Source of the DNA: Mobula hypostoma
Lineage: Eukaryota
Assembly (NCBI RefSeq): GCF_963921235.1
Contig: NC_086109.1
Location: 10,976,001-11,040,000 of the forward strand
Direction: 5' to 3'
Length of the DNA: 64,000 nucleotides
The translations under genes were made by a program, and so were the position numbers. Every line of letters begins with the position of its first letter. Position 1 is the first letter of the stretch. This document shows positions 51,183 to 64,000 of the stretch, piece after piece. A model generated the notes under the pieces. That model had not been told where the DNA came from. It saw nothing but the letters and a program-made list of their open reading frames with translations, and made no database searches.

Positions 51183-54150
51183 GAAGGTTGCAGTGCAAAG
51201 CCGCAGCAAGACGACAAATCTCACGACGTGCGTTAGTGATGACAGAGCCGATTCCTCCCCCCACACTCTCAGTCCTGCTGCAGAGTCCGAACCCGAAACG
51301 CCAGCCATCCCTTTGCCTCCGCAGTTGCTGTTTGACCTGCGGAGGTCGTCCAGCAGCTTTGGTATCTGATACTGATGAAATCACCCTGCCAAGTGTCTCT
51401 GTGCTCTGTACATTCCTCCAGCTAGTCTGTCAGTATTTCCATTACAAAAGTGCTTCCATTTGCCAGTGTGAAGTCACAGCATCACTGTCATTAATCGGCC
51501 TTAGTCATGGATTACCACACAAGGTTCACTTGTCTGTTCTCCTGATAGTTCCTTTAGAGCACATGTCCAATAAACTATCAGAGCGTTAGGCAGAGTCTGT
51601 GTTGCATTGAAATTTGGCTTGGTGAAGTTGTATTGATTTAATTTAACAATATCTGTAATCTTGTTGTACAGTAGAGGCCTTACAGCCCAGGATTTTGTAC
51701 GTACTGCATAATCAATCTAATCCTTCCTTCCTACACAGCCCATAACTCTCGCAGTTTTTCTTACGCCCCTGTGCCTATCTTAGAGTGTCTAAAACGTACT
51801 TACTGTATCAGCTTCTACTGCCACCCCTGGCAGAGCATTCCAGCCATCAATCACTGTCCGTGTAAAATGCAGCCTTCTTCTGTCTTTTAATGGTGCTTGG
51901 TAGTCCAGTTTAAAGGTGCATGATTGCCACCAGCTGGACTGTGCATTCCTAATATCATCTTCCTAACGTAAGACTGAAAACGGCAGCAATGACCAGAGTG
52001 CTCTCTCCTCCTCTCCAGCCTATCGAGCTCCCAGACCGCGTTCCAATATGCAGCCTGCCTTTGCTTCCAAGATCATGGGGCACACCCGACTGTTACTCTC
52101 TAAAGCTAGCACCTGGACTCCAAATCCTTTTTGTGATTAAGAAAATGGTGGGGGTGGGGTGGGGGGAAAGGATGGGATTCGTCGGGCCAGCAATACTGCA
52201 GCTTTGATTGATCAGGGTAAAATGGCTGTCGCTGAAATAGAGAAGGCCGAGTCACTGGGTAGGTCATGCGTTGCAATTCGTAATCAAGATAATCCAAGTG
52301 AAGAGGTTAAACAATGTAGGGATAAGGCTGCAACTGAATATCCTGATGTGTTGGAAGCCAGCTGTAGCCAAAAACCAGCTGTAGTCATTCACTCTTACTC
52401 TGCCGCTCACTTTAAACAACACTTCACTCCCTCCTTTCTGCCCATTTCAAACCAGCCAGTTGCTGTATCTCTCTCTTCCTCTTGACCTTAAATCTGCTTC
52501 TCCACCACTGCATTCTCCTCCAACCATGTTAAATACCTTCCTCTGACATCCACTCACCTTAAACTGATGCCCACTGGTGTTGACCACTGCTGCCCTGGGA
52601 ATGAGGCACTGGCTGTACACTGTGTCTGTGCCTCTCATAATCTTGTACATCTCCATTATGTTGCCTCTCACTCCCTTTCAATCCAAAGAGAAAAGCCGTA
52701 TCTTGCTGAACCATTCCTCACAAGACGTGCTCTCTAATCCAGGCAAGTCTCCTCTGCACCCTCTCGAAAGCTTCCATATCCTTCCCCAAATGAGGCATTT
52801 TACCTTTCACCATGTCTCGGTTCAGAGGCATTTCACGTGTTTGACACAATTGCTTGAGATTCAAACAAACATTTGCAGTCAGTGCATGTCAAATCAGGGC
52901 AGGAATCTGTAAAAGTGCTGAGAATCCCTTTACTCCACAATGCCAACAATCCTCATGAAAGGTCTCGGCCTGAAATATCGACGGTTTACTCACCTCTGTC
53001 AATGTTGCTTGACTTCCTCCAGCATTTTGTGTGTGCGTGTTGTATCAGTGTTCCCTAAAACCAAACTAAACGAACTAGAGCAGGTACAAAACCAGAACAC
53101 TGCAGATACCAGAAAGCAGAAATTAAAACAGAAAATATTAGAAAAACTTTGAATGTCTGGAGAGCCCGTTTTAGATCAATTACAGTATCTCAGCATTCTG
53201 AGAGATTGTAGATCATAATAGCAAGCCGTGAAGAGGTGGGATTCCACTTAAACAGCCGAAGTCTTGTTCCCAGGGTAGGGGAGTACAAACAAGAGGTCAT
53301 AGGTTCAGAATCAGAATCAGATTTAATATCACTGGCAGATGTCATGAAATTTCTATGCAATAGCTGTACATTGCAATATAGAATGATAAAAACTGTGAAT
53401 TATAATGTGTGTGTGTGTGTGTGTGTTTGTTTACTTATTTAAGTTAAATGGGTAGAGCAAAAAAAGAAAAAAAAAGTAGGGAGGTAGTGTTCACAGGTTC
53501 AATGTCCATTCAGAAATCTGATGACAGAGGGGAAGAAGCTGTTTCTGAATTGTTGAGTTTGTGCTTTCAGGCTTCTGTACCTCCTTCCTGGCGGTAGCAA
53601 TGAGAAGAGGACATGCCCTGGGTGATGCCGCCATTTTGAGGCATCGCTCCTTTAAGATGCCCCAGATGCTGGGGAGGCTAGTGTCCATGATGGAGGTTTA
53701 AGGTGAGGGAGAAAAAGATTTGTAAGGGGCCTGGGGGCGGTGTTTTAACACAAAGGGTGGTGGGCATGTTGAATGAGCCTGCCAGAGGAAGTGGTTGAGG
53801 CTGGGACAACTGGACTTTTAGAAGACATTTGGGCAGATTCATGGATAGGAAAGATTTAGAGGGATATCGGCCAAACTTAGGCAAATGGAATTGGCTTAGT
53901 CAGGCATTTGGTCAGTACGGATCTGTTGGGCTGAAGGGCCTTATTCCATTCTGGATAGCCAAGCATAAGAAATGGGAGCAGAAGTAAGCCATCAACATTA
54001 AATCTTTTCCACCATTCAATAAGATCATGAGTGATCTGGCCGTTTAACTTCATGTGACCTGCCTCAGTGACCTCAATGTGAGAAAAGGTTCAGTTTCGCA
54101 CTTGTTTCATATCTTAATTGCTTTCTCTTTGTTTTCCTTGCAGCTTTGTG

Positions 54151-54171
54151 ATGGCGAGCTCCCGACATTAA
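54151..54171 (+). promoter_or_regulatory. 6-codon upstream ORF (MASSRH*) in the KLF15-like 5' leader
   Basis: gtgATGG (G at -3 and +4) just after the 54143 acceptor; TAA at 54169-54171; different frame from the main ORF. Confidence 0.55.
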
Positions 54172-54265
54172 CCTCGCTGAGGCACGCAGTTGTGTTGCTT
54201 GGACTCGTGGTTTTGCTCCTGTTTCTAGCCTGAGCCCTGGAACCGGCCAGGAGCTGCGGAAGACA

Positions 54266-55215
54266 ATGGTCTCGTTAAACCACAGTGAGCCACTGTGCAT
54301 TAGCGACCTGCTGCCGGCATCGGGAGGCAGTGGTGGACTGGCCCCCGGCCAGCTAGGGGCTAGCCCGGCCCAGCCAGTGGAGGACAGCAGCAGCGAGGGC
54401 TGCAGCCCCCGGTCTTGCTCGAGCCCGGACTCACAGGATGGTAGCGCCAACACCAGCCTACTGGAGCGGTGTGGCGTGGTGGGGATGTTGATGTCGAACC
54501 TGGAGGGCCGGCAGAACCAAAGGGCAGGCACCCACCAATCCCCGGTGTTCGAGGCTGCGGTGACGGCGCCTGACTTCGTCCCGAGCTCCTCAGACAACTT
54601 CATCCCCACGCTGGAGGAGATCGAGGAGTTCCTGAAGGAGAAGATGGGGATGGTGAAGGAGGAACTCTCAGAGAGCGGGGCACCGACTTCGGAGGCAGAG
54701 ATCAAGGTGGAGGTGAAGTCGGAGGCAGCTGTGGAATCCGGTGGACTTCTGGAGGGAGGGGGAGGTGGGTCAAGCCCGGGGGCGAGCAGCACGGCCACGA
54801 TGGGCGGCGTTCCTGTCCTGCTGCAGCTCCAGCCCGCCCAGGCTCCAGCCGCGCAGTCCCTGACAAATGCCCCCAGGCTGGCGCAACTGATCGTCAACGT
54901 GCAAGGCCAGACCTTCGCCCTGGTGCCCCAGCTGGTGCCAGCCCCCGCCAGCAGCAGCGGCGGCCGCCAGTTCGTGAAGATCGCGCCGCTGCCCATCGCG
55001 GCAAGGTCTGTCACCGTCGGTGGGCTGGTCAGCGTGGTGGACGCCGGCCAGAAGCTGCAGAAGCCGCCGCCCTCAGCCGATGTCATCAGAGTCCACAAGT
55101 GCTCGTTCCCCGGCTGTAACAAGATGTACACTAAGAGCAGCCACCTAAAGGCACACTACCGACGGCACACCGGCGAGAAACCCTATTCCTGCACGTGGCC
55201 AGACTGTGACTGGCG
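54266..55215 (+). CDS. KLF15-like: Krueppel-like factor 15 family, first coding exon (N-terminal domains, ZF1, first half of ZF2)
   Basis: KLF15 hallmark motifs [47 protein letters not shown] and [31 protein letters not shown]. Upstream acceptor ttttccttgcag ends at 54143, in-frame TGA at 54149 precedes the ATG, and the donor is CG|gtaagt at 55215/55216 (phase 2). Confidence 0.93.
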
Positions 55216-56431
55216 GTAAGTCAACTAAACACACCCTCGCCTATCACCCGCCTGCTCCTGTCCCTCCAGCCCCTTTATTCTGATGTCTGCTCCTTCCCCT
55301 CCAGTCTTACATTCATCGAGTAGGATCACGTAGTACAGAAACAGGCCCTTCAGCCCAACTGATCCATGCTGACCTCCCTGATAGCCCCAGTTGTGGGACT
55401 AGCTAGTCCCAGTTGAACATTGTAAGCATGCTACTTTGAGGTCAGAATCTGTGGCGATACGTGCGAGCTTGCCCTAGCACACACTCGGGGTGTGTTGGGT
55501 TTTGATGTAAACAATGCATTTCACTGTATGTTTTGATGCAAAAGTGATAAATAATTTGAATTTTGAATCTTGACTTACCCGCGTTCGTCCCATTACCCTC
55601 CAAGCTCCTCTCCTCCTTGTACCTGTCCAAAAGTCTCTTAAATGTTCCATTTATACCCAGCTCACCTGCTCAGTCCAGGTGCTCACTACCCTCTGTGTAA
55701 AGAAGTTACCTCTCAAGTCTCTTTTAGACCTCTCCCTTCTTGTACCTGTGACCTGTGGTTTTGATCTTCCCAACTGTGGGGAAAGGAATATGACTGCCCA
55801 CCTCATCCACGCCGCTCTTTGTTTTGTGCCCCAAGAAATGAAAATCCGGTATGTCCAACCCCTCTCTCAACTCAGACCCACTAGTCCAAATCACATTCTA
55901 GGTTGGAATAGTGAGGGAGCAGTCTCACCCAGCAATGGGCATTCGAAACGTAACCAGGTCAGAAACCACCTCCCAACCAGAAATCAGATGTATGTACTAA
56001 CGGGTCCTCCACGTTAAAGGGTGAATTCCAACTACTTTAGTGGGGATGAGAAAGAGCAAATAAAATTCTCCGGGATAATGATGAAGTGCTTCATTTTATT
56101 GTTCATCGGAAATTACTGAGAAATGTACTAGAGCGTATTGAAAGATTTTGTTTGCATGCCACCCAGACAGATTACTCCATTCTTGGTACATGATGATGTG
56201 TTTCTGGTTTCTACTGCTCCTTTTTTTTAGTGTTATTTTGGGCATTTTTGATCGGGGCGGCCTGCAGCTAACAAACAATGCCGCACTAGATTCAACTGAA
56301 TATACCGGGAATCTTTCAGTTTTGTGTTTTATATTCTATGTTTTTCACTCTTCTTTTGCTGTTTGCGCAATTATTTTTGCGCCTGGGGGATACATGATGT
56401 TTTTCTTTGAACGGGTTCCATGGTTTTCTTT

Positions 56432-56631
56432 AAAAATGCAAACACGAGGAAATCTGCAGGTGCTGGAAATTCAAGCAACAGACACAAAAAGTGCTGGTAA
56501 ACACAGCAGGCCAGGCAGCATCTATAGGAAGAAGTACAGTCAGGACCCGTCGCGACCTGAAACGTCGACTGTACCTCTTCCTATAGATGCTGCCTGGCCT
56601 GCTGCGTTCACCAGCATTTTTTATGTGTGTT
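56432..56631. mobile_element. Fold-back Penelope-like end in the KLF15-like intron
   Basis: Arms at about 56477-56541 and 56567-56631 are reverse complements; flanking gttccatg is duplicated. Confidence 0.8.
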
Positions 56632-57454
56632 CCATGATTTTTTTTTTATTTTGTGACTGCCAGTGGGAAACCGATTCTCAAGGTTGTACACTGCATACGT
56701 ACTTTGGTGATAAATGTATTTTGAACTTCGAGGTGATGCAAAAGAAAACTGAAGCTGAATGCAGAATGTCGTGTTCCGGTTACAGGGGAGAGGAAGTGCA
56801 GCTTAAAGTGGACAATAAGATGCAAGGGCTTCAACAAGGCAGATTTTGTATAAGAGATGCGGGGTAGAAGTTGTTCTTGAGCCTGGCTGGTACAAGTACG
56901 TGTTCTCAAGATTTTCTGTCTTCTGCCAAATAGGAAGGGGAGGGGAGAAAATGACCAGGGTGGGAGGGGTCTTTGAGTGTTTTGGCTGTTTTCACAAAGC
57001 AGCAGGATGTACAGACAGAGGCAATGAATGGGAGGCCGGTTTTTGTAAACACAACTCTCTGTGTTGTGGTGTCGAGCAGAGCAGTGGCCATACCAAGCTA
57101 TGATGCATCTTAGACATAGAACATACAGCATAGTACAGGCCCTTCGGCCCACAATGTTGTGCCAACCTTAATACCTACTCTAAGATCAATCTAACCCTTC
57201 CCTCCCACAGAAACCTCCATTTTTCATTCATCCTTGTGTCTATTTGCCCTAATGCGTCTGCCTCTGAAAGTGTGTAACAAGCACTTACCACTTTAAAAAA
57301 AATACTTCCGACATCACCGCTATACTTTCCTCCAATTACCTTACAATTATGACCTTGGTGTAAGCTACCACCTGGATCCATGTGTCACGTATGGTTCAAT
57401 AAGTCTGCTTCATATGTGAGTAGATCTCTTTTTCCCTTAGGCAGATATAGCTAA

Positions 57455-58150
<696 letters not shown>

Positions 58151-59690
58151 CGTTTGGCTCTCCTCCCACTTTGTCAGGGGATACACACAAGGGCCATTTC
58201 ACTTGTGTATGCAATGTACAGAGGACATGGAAATGCATTAATGTGCGTGTGTAACTTAGGATCTCAGTGAGAGAGGGCTTTAGAGGTTCTTACTTTACAA
58301 AGTTATTTCTATAGAAGTGAAACTCATTTATCACTTAACGTCTCCTTTATTCTGCTCCTCGTTGTATATTTGCAGAAACGTAGGTCAATCCAATATAGAC
58401 TCCCAGCAGATTTTTGTGCTTCTGATGATATCAGTCAATAGGAAATAATATCAGGAACTCCCTGGAAAAACGGAACACAATGCAGCTTTAAAAAAGAATC
58501 ATTTTTACATAGTGAATTTTCCGATCTGGAATTGGCCGTCAAGAGGATACATGCTCAATATTGACTTTCCGAGAGAAACAAGATAAAGGGCAGGCACGGT
58601 GATGGAAGAGCAGGGAATGGAAACGGGTTTATTGCACTTTCAAGACTTGGGTACAAGTACGATGATCAAATGGCAGCTTCGTGTCTTACAGTGGTCATGG
58701 TGGATTACTACAGATAATGGCAGAAGTACTCAGGTTTTCAGGCAGTTTTCTGTATGTGGAGAGAGGGAGAAACAGAGTCAGTGTTTTATTTCAATGGCCC
58801 TTGATCAGAACTGAGAAAGATTGAACATCTGTAAGTTGCAGAAGAGGGTGGGGAGATGAAAGAGCGGTAGGTACCAAAGGAGGGAAGGTGGTGCAGGTTT
58901 CGTAATCTGTGCGGAGGAGGAGTAAACAAAGGACAAAGATGAGAGGGAAGTGTGAGAGCATTGTTTAAACCCTAAATCTCAAACACTGCAGATGCTGAAA
59001 GTTTTGTGCTTTTCAGTGAAAGGTTATTTGTTTTACTTCCAAACAAGCATCCCATCAGCCTGGAGTTTAAATCCCAGCAAATAAGACATTTTGTAAAGAA
59101 ATCAAGTTGGCTATGATCTTCTTATAAGCTACAACATGATCAGCTTGTTATTCAAACTTCAGTTAACATAGTTAACTCCGTGCTCTTTAATGTACCATTC
59201 TATAACTATTATTTATAAAAATGTCAATCTCAGGGCAATTAGGTGTAAGCTTGCCAATATAACGAACACTTGCCAACCCATATCCAGAGAACATTTTAAT
59301 GAAAACTTCTGCAGGGTATGATTTCATCTGCAAAAGAGGGCATGAGGTTCCATCTCCAATAAGTGCCCATGCTGCACGTATGTAGCAGGTATCCCACCCA
59401 TTGTTCAGAATGTCTCTGAGGTTCTAGATTGGGAAATGTGGCAAAAGTTGTGCATTCCCTTTGCTGAGAGATGTCTGTCAGCCCAACACTAGTGATGACA
59501 AATCCATGGTCCAGTCTAGTCCTGCACACTACATCCTGGCTCCAGTGTTTAATTCCTCAAACTCCTTCCTTGCAGCACTTTAAACATCTCCCAGTCTGGG
59601 TCTGGGCACTTGGTTACATTTTAAGTAACTTTTAGAATAATTATAGCCCTTATGTAAAATTATTCCAAACACCTAGTACTCTTGAGTAGA

Positions 59691-59696
59691 AATAAA
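59691..59696 (+). promoter_or_regulatory. Candidate polyadenylation signal for the KLF15-like gene
   Basis: First AATAAA noticed after the stop codon; others near 60949 and 61581. Confidence 0.3.
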
Positions 59697-60076
59697 AATC
59701 CTAACATCATTTTACACTTACTTTTCATGAATATTATTTGACAACTTGGCCATATTGTGGGGTGGCACGGTATTGTGGTTTGCACAGCCCTTTACAATTC
59801 CCGTCGCTGACTGTAAGGAGTTTGTACGTTCTCCCCGTGACTGTCTAGGTTTCCTGTGGGTGCTAACGGTTTCCTTCCACAGTCTAAAGACATACTAGTC
59901 GGTAGGTTTATTGGTTGTTGTAAATTGTCCCGTGATTAGGCTCAGATTAAATCAGGAAATTGCTAGGTGGCGCAGCTCGAAGGGTTGGAAGGGCCTATTT
60001 TGTGCTATATTTCAATAAGTAGGTAAAAATACCTTTCAAAGCAGAAATCTGGATCTCCATTAATAGGTAAAACTTT

Positions 60077-60272
60077 GAACACAAAATACTCTGCAGATGC
60101 TGGGGTCAGAGCAACACTCACAACACGCTGGAGGAACTCAGCAGGTCGGGCAGCATCCGTGGAAAAGATCGGTCGATGTTTCGGGCCGGAACCCAGAGGG
60201 CAGCATCCGTGGAAACGTCGACCGATCTTTTCCACGGATGCTGAGTTCCTCCAGCGTGTTGTGAGTGTTGCC
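60077..60272. mobile_element. Fold-back Penelope-like end downstream of the KLF15-like stop
   Basis: Inverted arms; 14-bp TSD ataggtaaaacttt (60063-60076 and 60273-60286). Confidence 0.85.
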
Positions 60273-63200
60273 ATAGGTAAAACTTTTGCAGCCAAAATGT
60301 CAAAAACCGTTTATTTACTCTCATTCCCAAGCACGTCACTTTAATGTACAGCTTTACTTGGAAAAGTTTCTCAAAGTTTCTACCTAAAAAGTAATTATGT
60401 GTTCATTGGCAGTGCTTACATACTGAGTTCACAGGCTGGGAATTTAGCTTTTTTTACATTACACTTTTCTTTTGGAATTCTAATTACCCAGAATCTTAAA
60501 ATTTTGCCTTGTGCAGTTTCTGAGGATATACAGACAGGAGAAGGTAGATCCACACTGAAACTTAGATTTACTCTTCTCATTCTTTCAACATCTCTTCATT
60601 CCCTTGCCTAGCAATCATTATCACCCTCACTCTTGGTCTTTTAAAGGACGGTTCTCAAGATGTATGTGAGAGAAATGGTTCCACAACCCTTTGTGTTAAA
60701 TTTTCCCCAATCCCAGTCCTGAACATCTTAGTCCTAACTTTGAGATGATGGTGCTTTAGGCCTGATTTCTGCAATAGAAGTCAGGGCTAAAGCATCATTA
60801 CCATTGGACAACAATTGTTTTCCAAAAATGTGCTTCCTCAGAAATTATTTTTTGTTTATGATAGACTGCTTGAAGCTGAACACAAACATAATTTCTGATT
60901 ATTTGTATGACATAGGAAGTTGGAGAAACAAGAAATTTGCTTGTATTGAATAAAATGGGTATAATTTCATAATGGTGCTGATGCTTTGCAATAGTTCAAC
61001 TACATTAAATATGGTTTATTCATGATTTTAATTTGTAGTCAACATCCGAGGCTTCGCACTTAAGTACTCAACAATAATCAACCAGCATTGATGGATTTCA
61101 GTTGCGCTGATACCGTTTCTCCATGACCACTATGTCCTGGTGAAATCTTCACCATGCTCATCACTGACAGTGTCAAGATTTGCAGAGAAGTTTAAATGGG
61201 AATGCAGAAAATGAATCTTTAATGACATGTTGCACTTCATGGTTTTGTATGCTTGAAGCATAATGTCAACCAGCTGCATGTCACTCCCGAAACGTTGACT
61301 GTACACTTTTCCTAGATGCTGTCTGGCCTGTTGAGTTCATCCGGTATTTTGTGTTTGTTGCACATAGTTTGGTGCTCTGTAGTTGCCAAGAAATTTTTCA
61401 ACAGCATCCTTGAACGCCTTCCATATGATTTTTTTTTCCCGGTCCCACTAGAAGTTCTTCGAAATGCCTGTTGTTGATGACCTGTTTGATTTGTGTACCA
61501 ACTAAAATGCCTTCCTTAATATTGGCATCAATTATTCTGATTTGAGTTACAAATCAAAATAACAAATATAGATGATTACAAATAAAAATACTGCATGATA
61601 GGGAAATGTCATGGTGATTTCCATGATTAGCACCCCAAAATCTGTAAGATACACCCAAAAGTATTCAGGAAGCAAAATCTTTATTATCCAGAGTTATCTT
61701 AAACCATTCAAAACGGTGGATCATAGAAATAGTACTTGGAGCACTGTAAACACGTAAAAAAAAACAAGAATTTATGGTTTTATGGTGTTCTGCTTCTTGA
61801 CAGCTTCAAGTCTGGTGTTGTCCTAGGTCACTCCTTTGCTTAAAATCCTTAGCAATATTTTATATTACAGGCAGACCTCAGAGAAAGCATTTACAGAGCT
61901 GATTTATGATAGAACATAGAACAGTACACCACAGGAACAGGACCTTTGGCTGCAATGTTGTGCCAAACTAATTGAACTGGTAATTAAAATGCCTGACTAA
62001 ACCAATCCTTTCCGTCTGCAGAGTATCCATATCCCATCATTCTCTGCACATTCACATGCCTACGTAAGAGACTCTTCAAAACCTCTAGTGTATTTGCCTC
62101 CACTACCACCCCTGGCAATGCATTCCAGGCACTCTCTGTGTAAAATAACAACCACGCGAAATTCTGCAGATGCTGGAAATCTAAAACAACATACACAAGA
62201 TGCTGGAGCAACTCACGAGAAATTCCTGCATTCCTCCAGCAATAACGTGCCCTTCTCACCTTAAATGCTTGCCCCCTGGCATTATGTAGGTTTTCTACTT
62301 TGTCCTTCTATAGGAATGCAAAGGGAATTAAATAAATATGAAGAAAACAGTATAATGTGTATGAATTGAAATTGCAGCTCTTGCCAAGTTAGATAGTGTC
62401 ATGGAAAGAGAGAATTATACTTTGAAGTTCAGATTTACTTTGCTGAAGGATTTCTTATTTGGAGGCCAGGTATTGGAAGGGAGAAACCAGACTGTTTGCT
62501 GCTGATATCTATACAAGAGAGCCCAAGTTGTAAAGAATGAGTTAACAAGGTAACCAAAGTCTTTGGTTTGTCACATTCAGCTGATCTTCAGTGTCTACAC
62601 AAGAAGTACATAGAACGAGAGGTTGCTTAGTGTCTGTAGTGACCTATCGGTGAGAAACCTAGGAAGATGAGTTGGGGAAATTAACGAAAGGATTTGGTTT
62701 AAAATTTATCAGGCCACTATTGGGCCAAAGTAAACCCATTGTGGGCTAAGCTGTGATTGGAGGTCCTGTGAAGTTCTTTGGCAGGTTTTATGATCAGTCA
62801 AGGTGTTTTTTGTAAGTTCATGAAATATTCAACAAAAAAGCAACACTTTTAGAAGCTACCATGAATCCCACCCCCCACCTCAAATTTTAACATGGACCCC
62901 ATTGGCTTCAAATCCATTTTCCAGTAGTGGGAAATTCAGAGCTATTGAGGAGATCTGAGTTGAAAGTGTGTTGTAGAGATGAGCCTTTCCGTTGTTCATA
63001 ATGGAGAACTGCAGATCTTCCAAATGAAGGAATGTTTCTCCAGTGTCCTGCTTCCAATTCGTGGTTATTAAACATCTTGTGTAAGTTGGTCCCGAGGCCA
63101 AAAAGTTCAAGATAAAGGTTGAAATTACAAAGAGCCAGTGCAGACAGATGCTTAGATCGGTGTTAGGAAACTGGCTACTTAGTGTTGCAAAAGTGGACTA

Positions 63201-63554
63201 AACTTAAAATTTACTTTTGCATTTTACACCACTGGTTATCTGAGTTCCATTTTTGGTCATCGATTGTGGAACAGAAGTATTGAATGTACAGATATTCCCT
63301 CAATATATGAATTCAATCTAAACGTTCATCGTTAAAGACATCATAAGATGAAAGAGCATGTTTTCAACTTTGTAACATTAAAGGAAATAATGTTACACAG
63401 AAGACATGTCTATTAAGTTATATGAAGGGGGCTGGTGTAGTTCCTTGTTTAAAATTTTCACCTGCAAAGGTAATGACTGCCAGAAATTACTTTTTGAGCT
63501 CTGATTGGCTCTCGGTAATGAGATGGCCAGAAGGATCTTTATCTTTTCTGAGTT

Positions 63555-63776
63555 CTACTTCTTTTGAAAGGGCTTCTTAAAAGCCATTGACTTGGTTCCT
63601 AAACGCTTGGCCCTGTGTACAGTACAGAGGCTAAGTGCACTTAACACAAACTTCTTTCCATTAACCACTCTGGCATCATGATTTTGGGAATGAGGAGAAC
63701 TAATACTGTTACATTGTGTTCCTGTGTGGTTTTTACTTTGATAGAATGATGTTGCTACCCTTTTCAAACTGAGTCC
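63555..63776 (-). CDS. Possible terminal coding exon of an unidentified convergent gene
   Basis: Open frame ending ...RAKRLGTKSMAFKKPFQKK*, minus-strand acceptor-like tcttatcaattcag, repeat-poor sequence downstream. No family recognised. Confidence 0.25.
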   Translation of the reverse strand, partial: GLSLKRVATSFYQSKNHTGTQCNSISSPHSQNHDARVVNGKKFVLSALSLCTVHRAKRLGTKSMAFKKPFQKK

Positions 63777-64000
63777 TGAATTGATAAGACACCCACTTAG
63801 TGATAGCACTTAGCACTCATTTGAATGTTGGAACTTCTGAATTTATATTCGGCAAGCAATGCGCATTTTAGTTCAGTGACAGTAATTAATGTAAGCCAAA
63901 CTCTGTATCATATCAAAATAAGTGTGCATTTAAAAACTGTGAGTACAAATCTCACCCAATGTGACCATATATGCCATTGCGTTTCTCATAGGAAAAGGTT

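Noticed and set aside
54073..55131. 352-aa antisense ORF
   Set aside because: It shadows the GC-rich KLF15-like exon and has no recognisable domain; such frames are expected from codon bias.

Overview
Repeat-dense vertebrate genomic DNA. The repeat complement (CR1 LINEs, V-SINE-type tRNA SINEs, Penelope-like elements, Rex1/Babar) suggests a cartilaginous fish, probably a ray; this is inference. One host protein-coding gene is well supported: a + strand KLF15-family zinc-finger gene with two coding exons (54266-55215, 57982-58150; 372 aa). Its N-terminus differs from canonical KLF15, so it may be a KLF15-like paralog. A CpG-rich, motif-dense promoter-like island lies at about 33.3-34.3 kb, and a possible terminal exon of a convergent gene at about 63.6-63.8 kb. 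Most of the rest is decayed or nested mobile DNA: CR1, Rex1/Babar, HERO, RTE-derived elements, Penelope-like ends carrying minimal hammerhead ribozyme motifs, a deleted Gypsy LTR element, and hAT, Tc1 and Harbinger MITEs. I found no convincing wholly new biological system. The best leads are the intact Penelope hammerhead and fold-back insertions, MITEs that share modules across superfamilies, and the KLF15-like paralog with a strong-context uORF. Family assignments are from motif recognition by eye, not database searches, and repeat boundaries are approximate unless a target-site duplication (TSD) is quoted.
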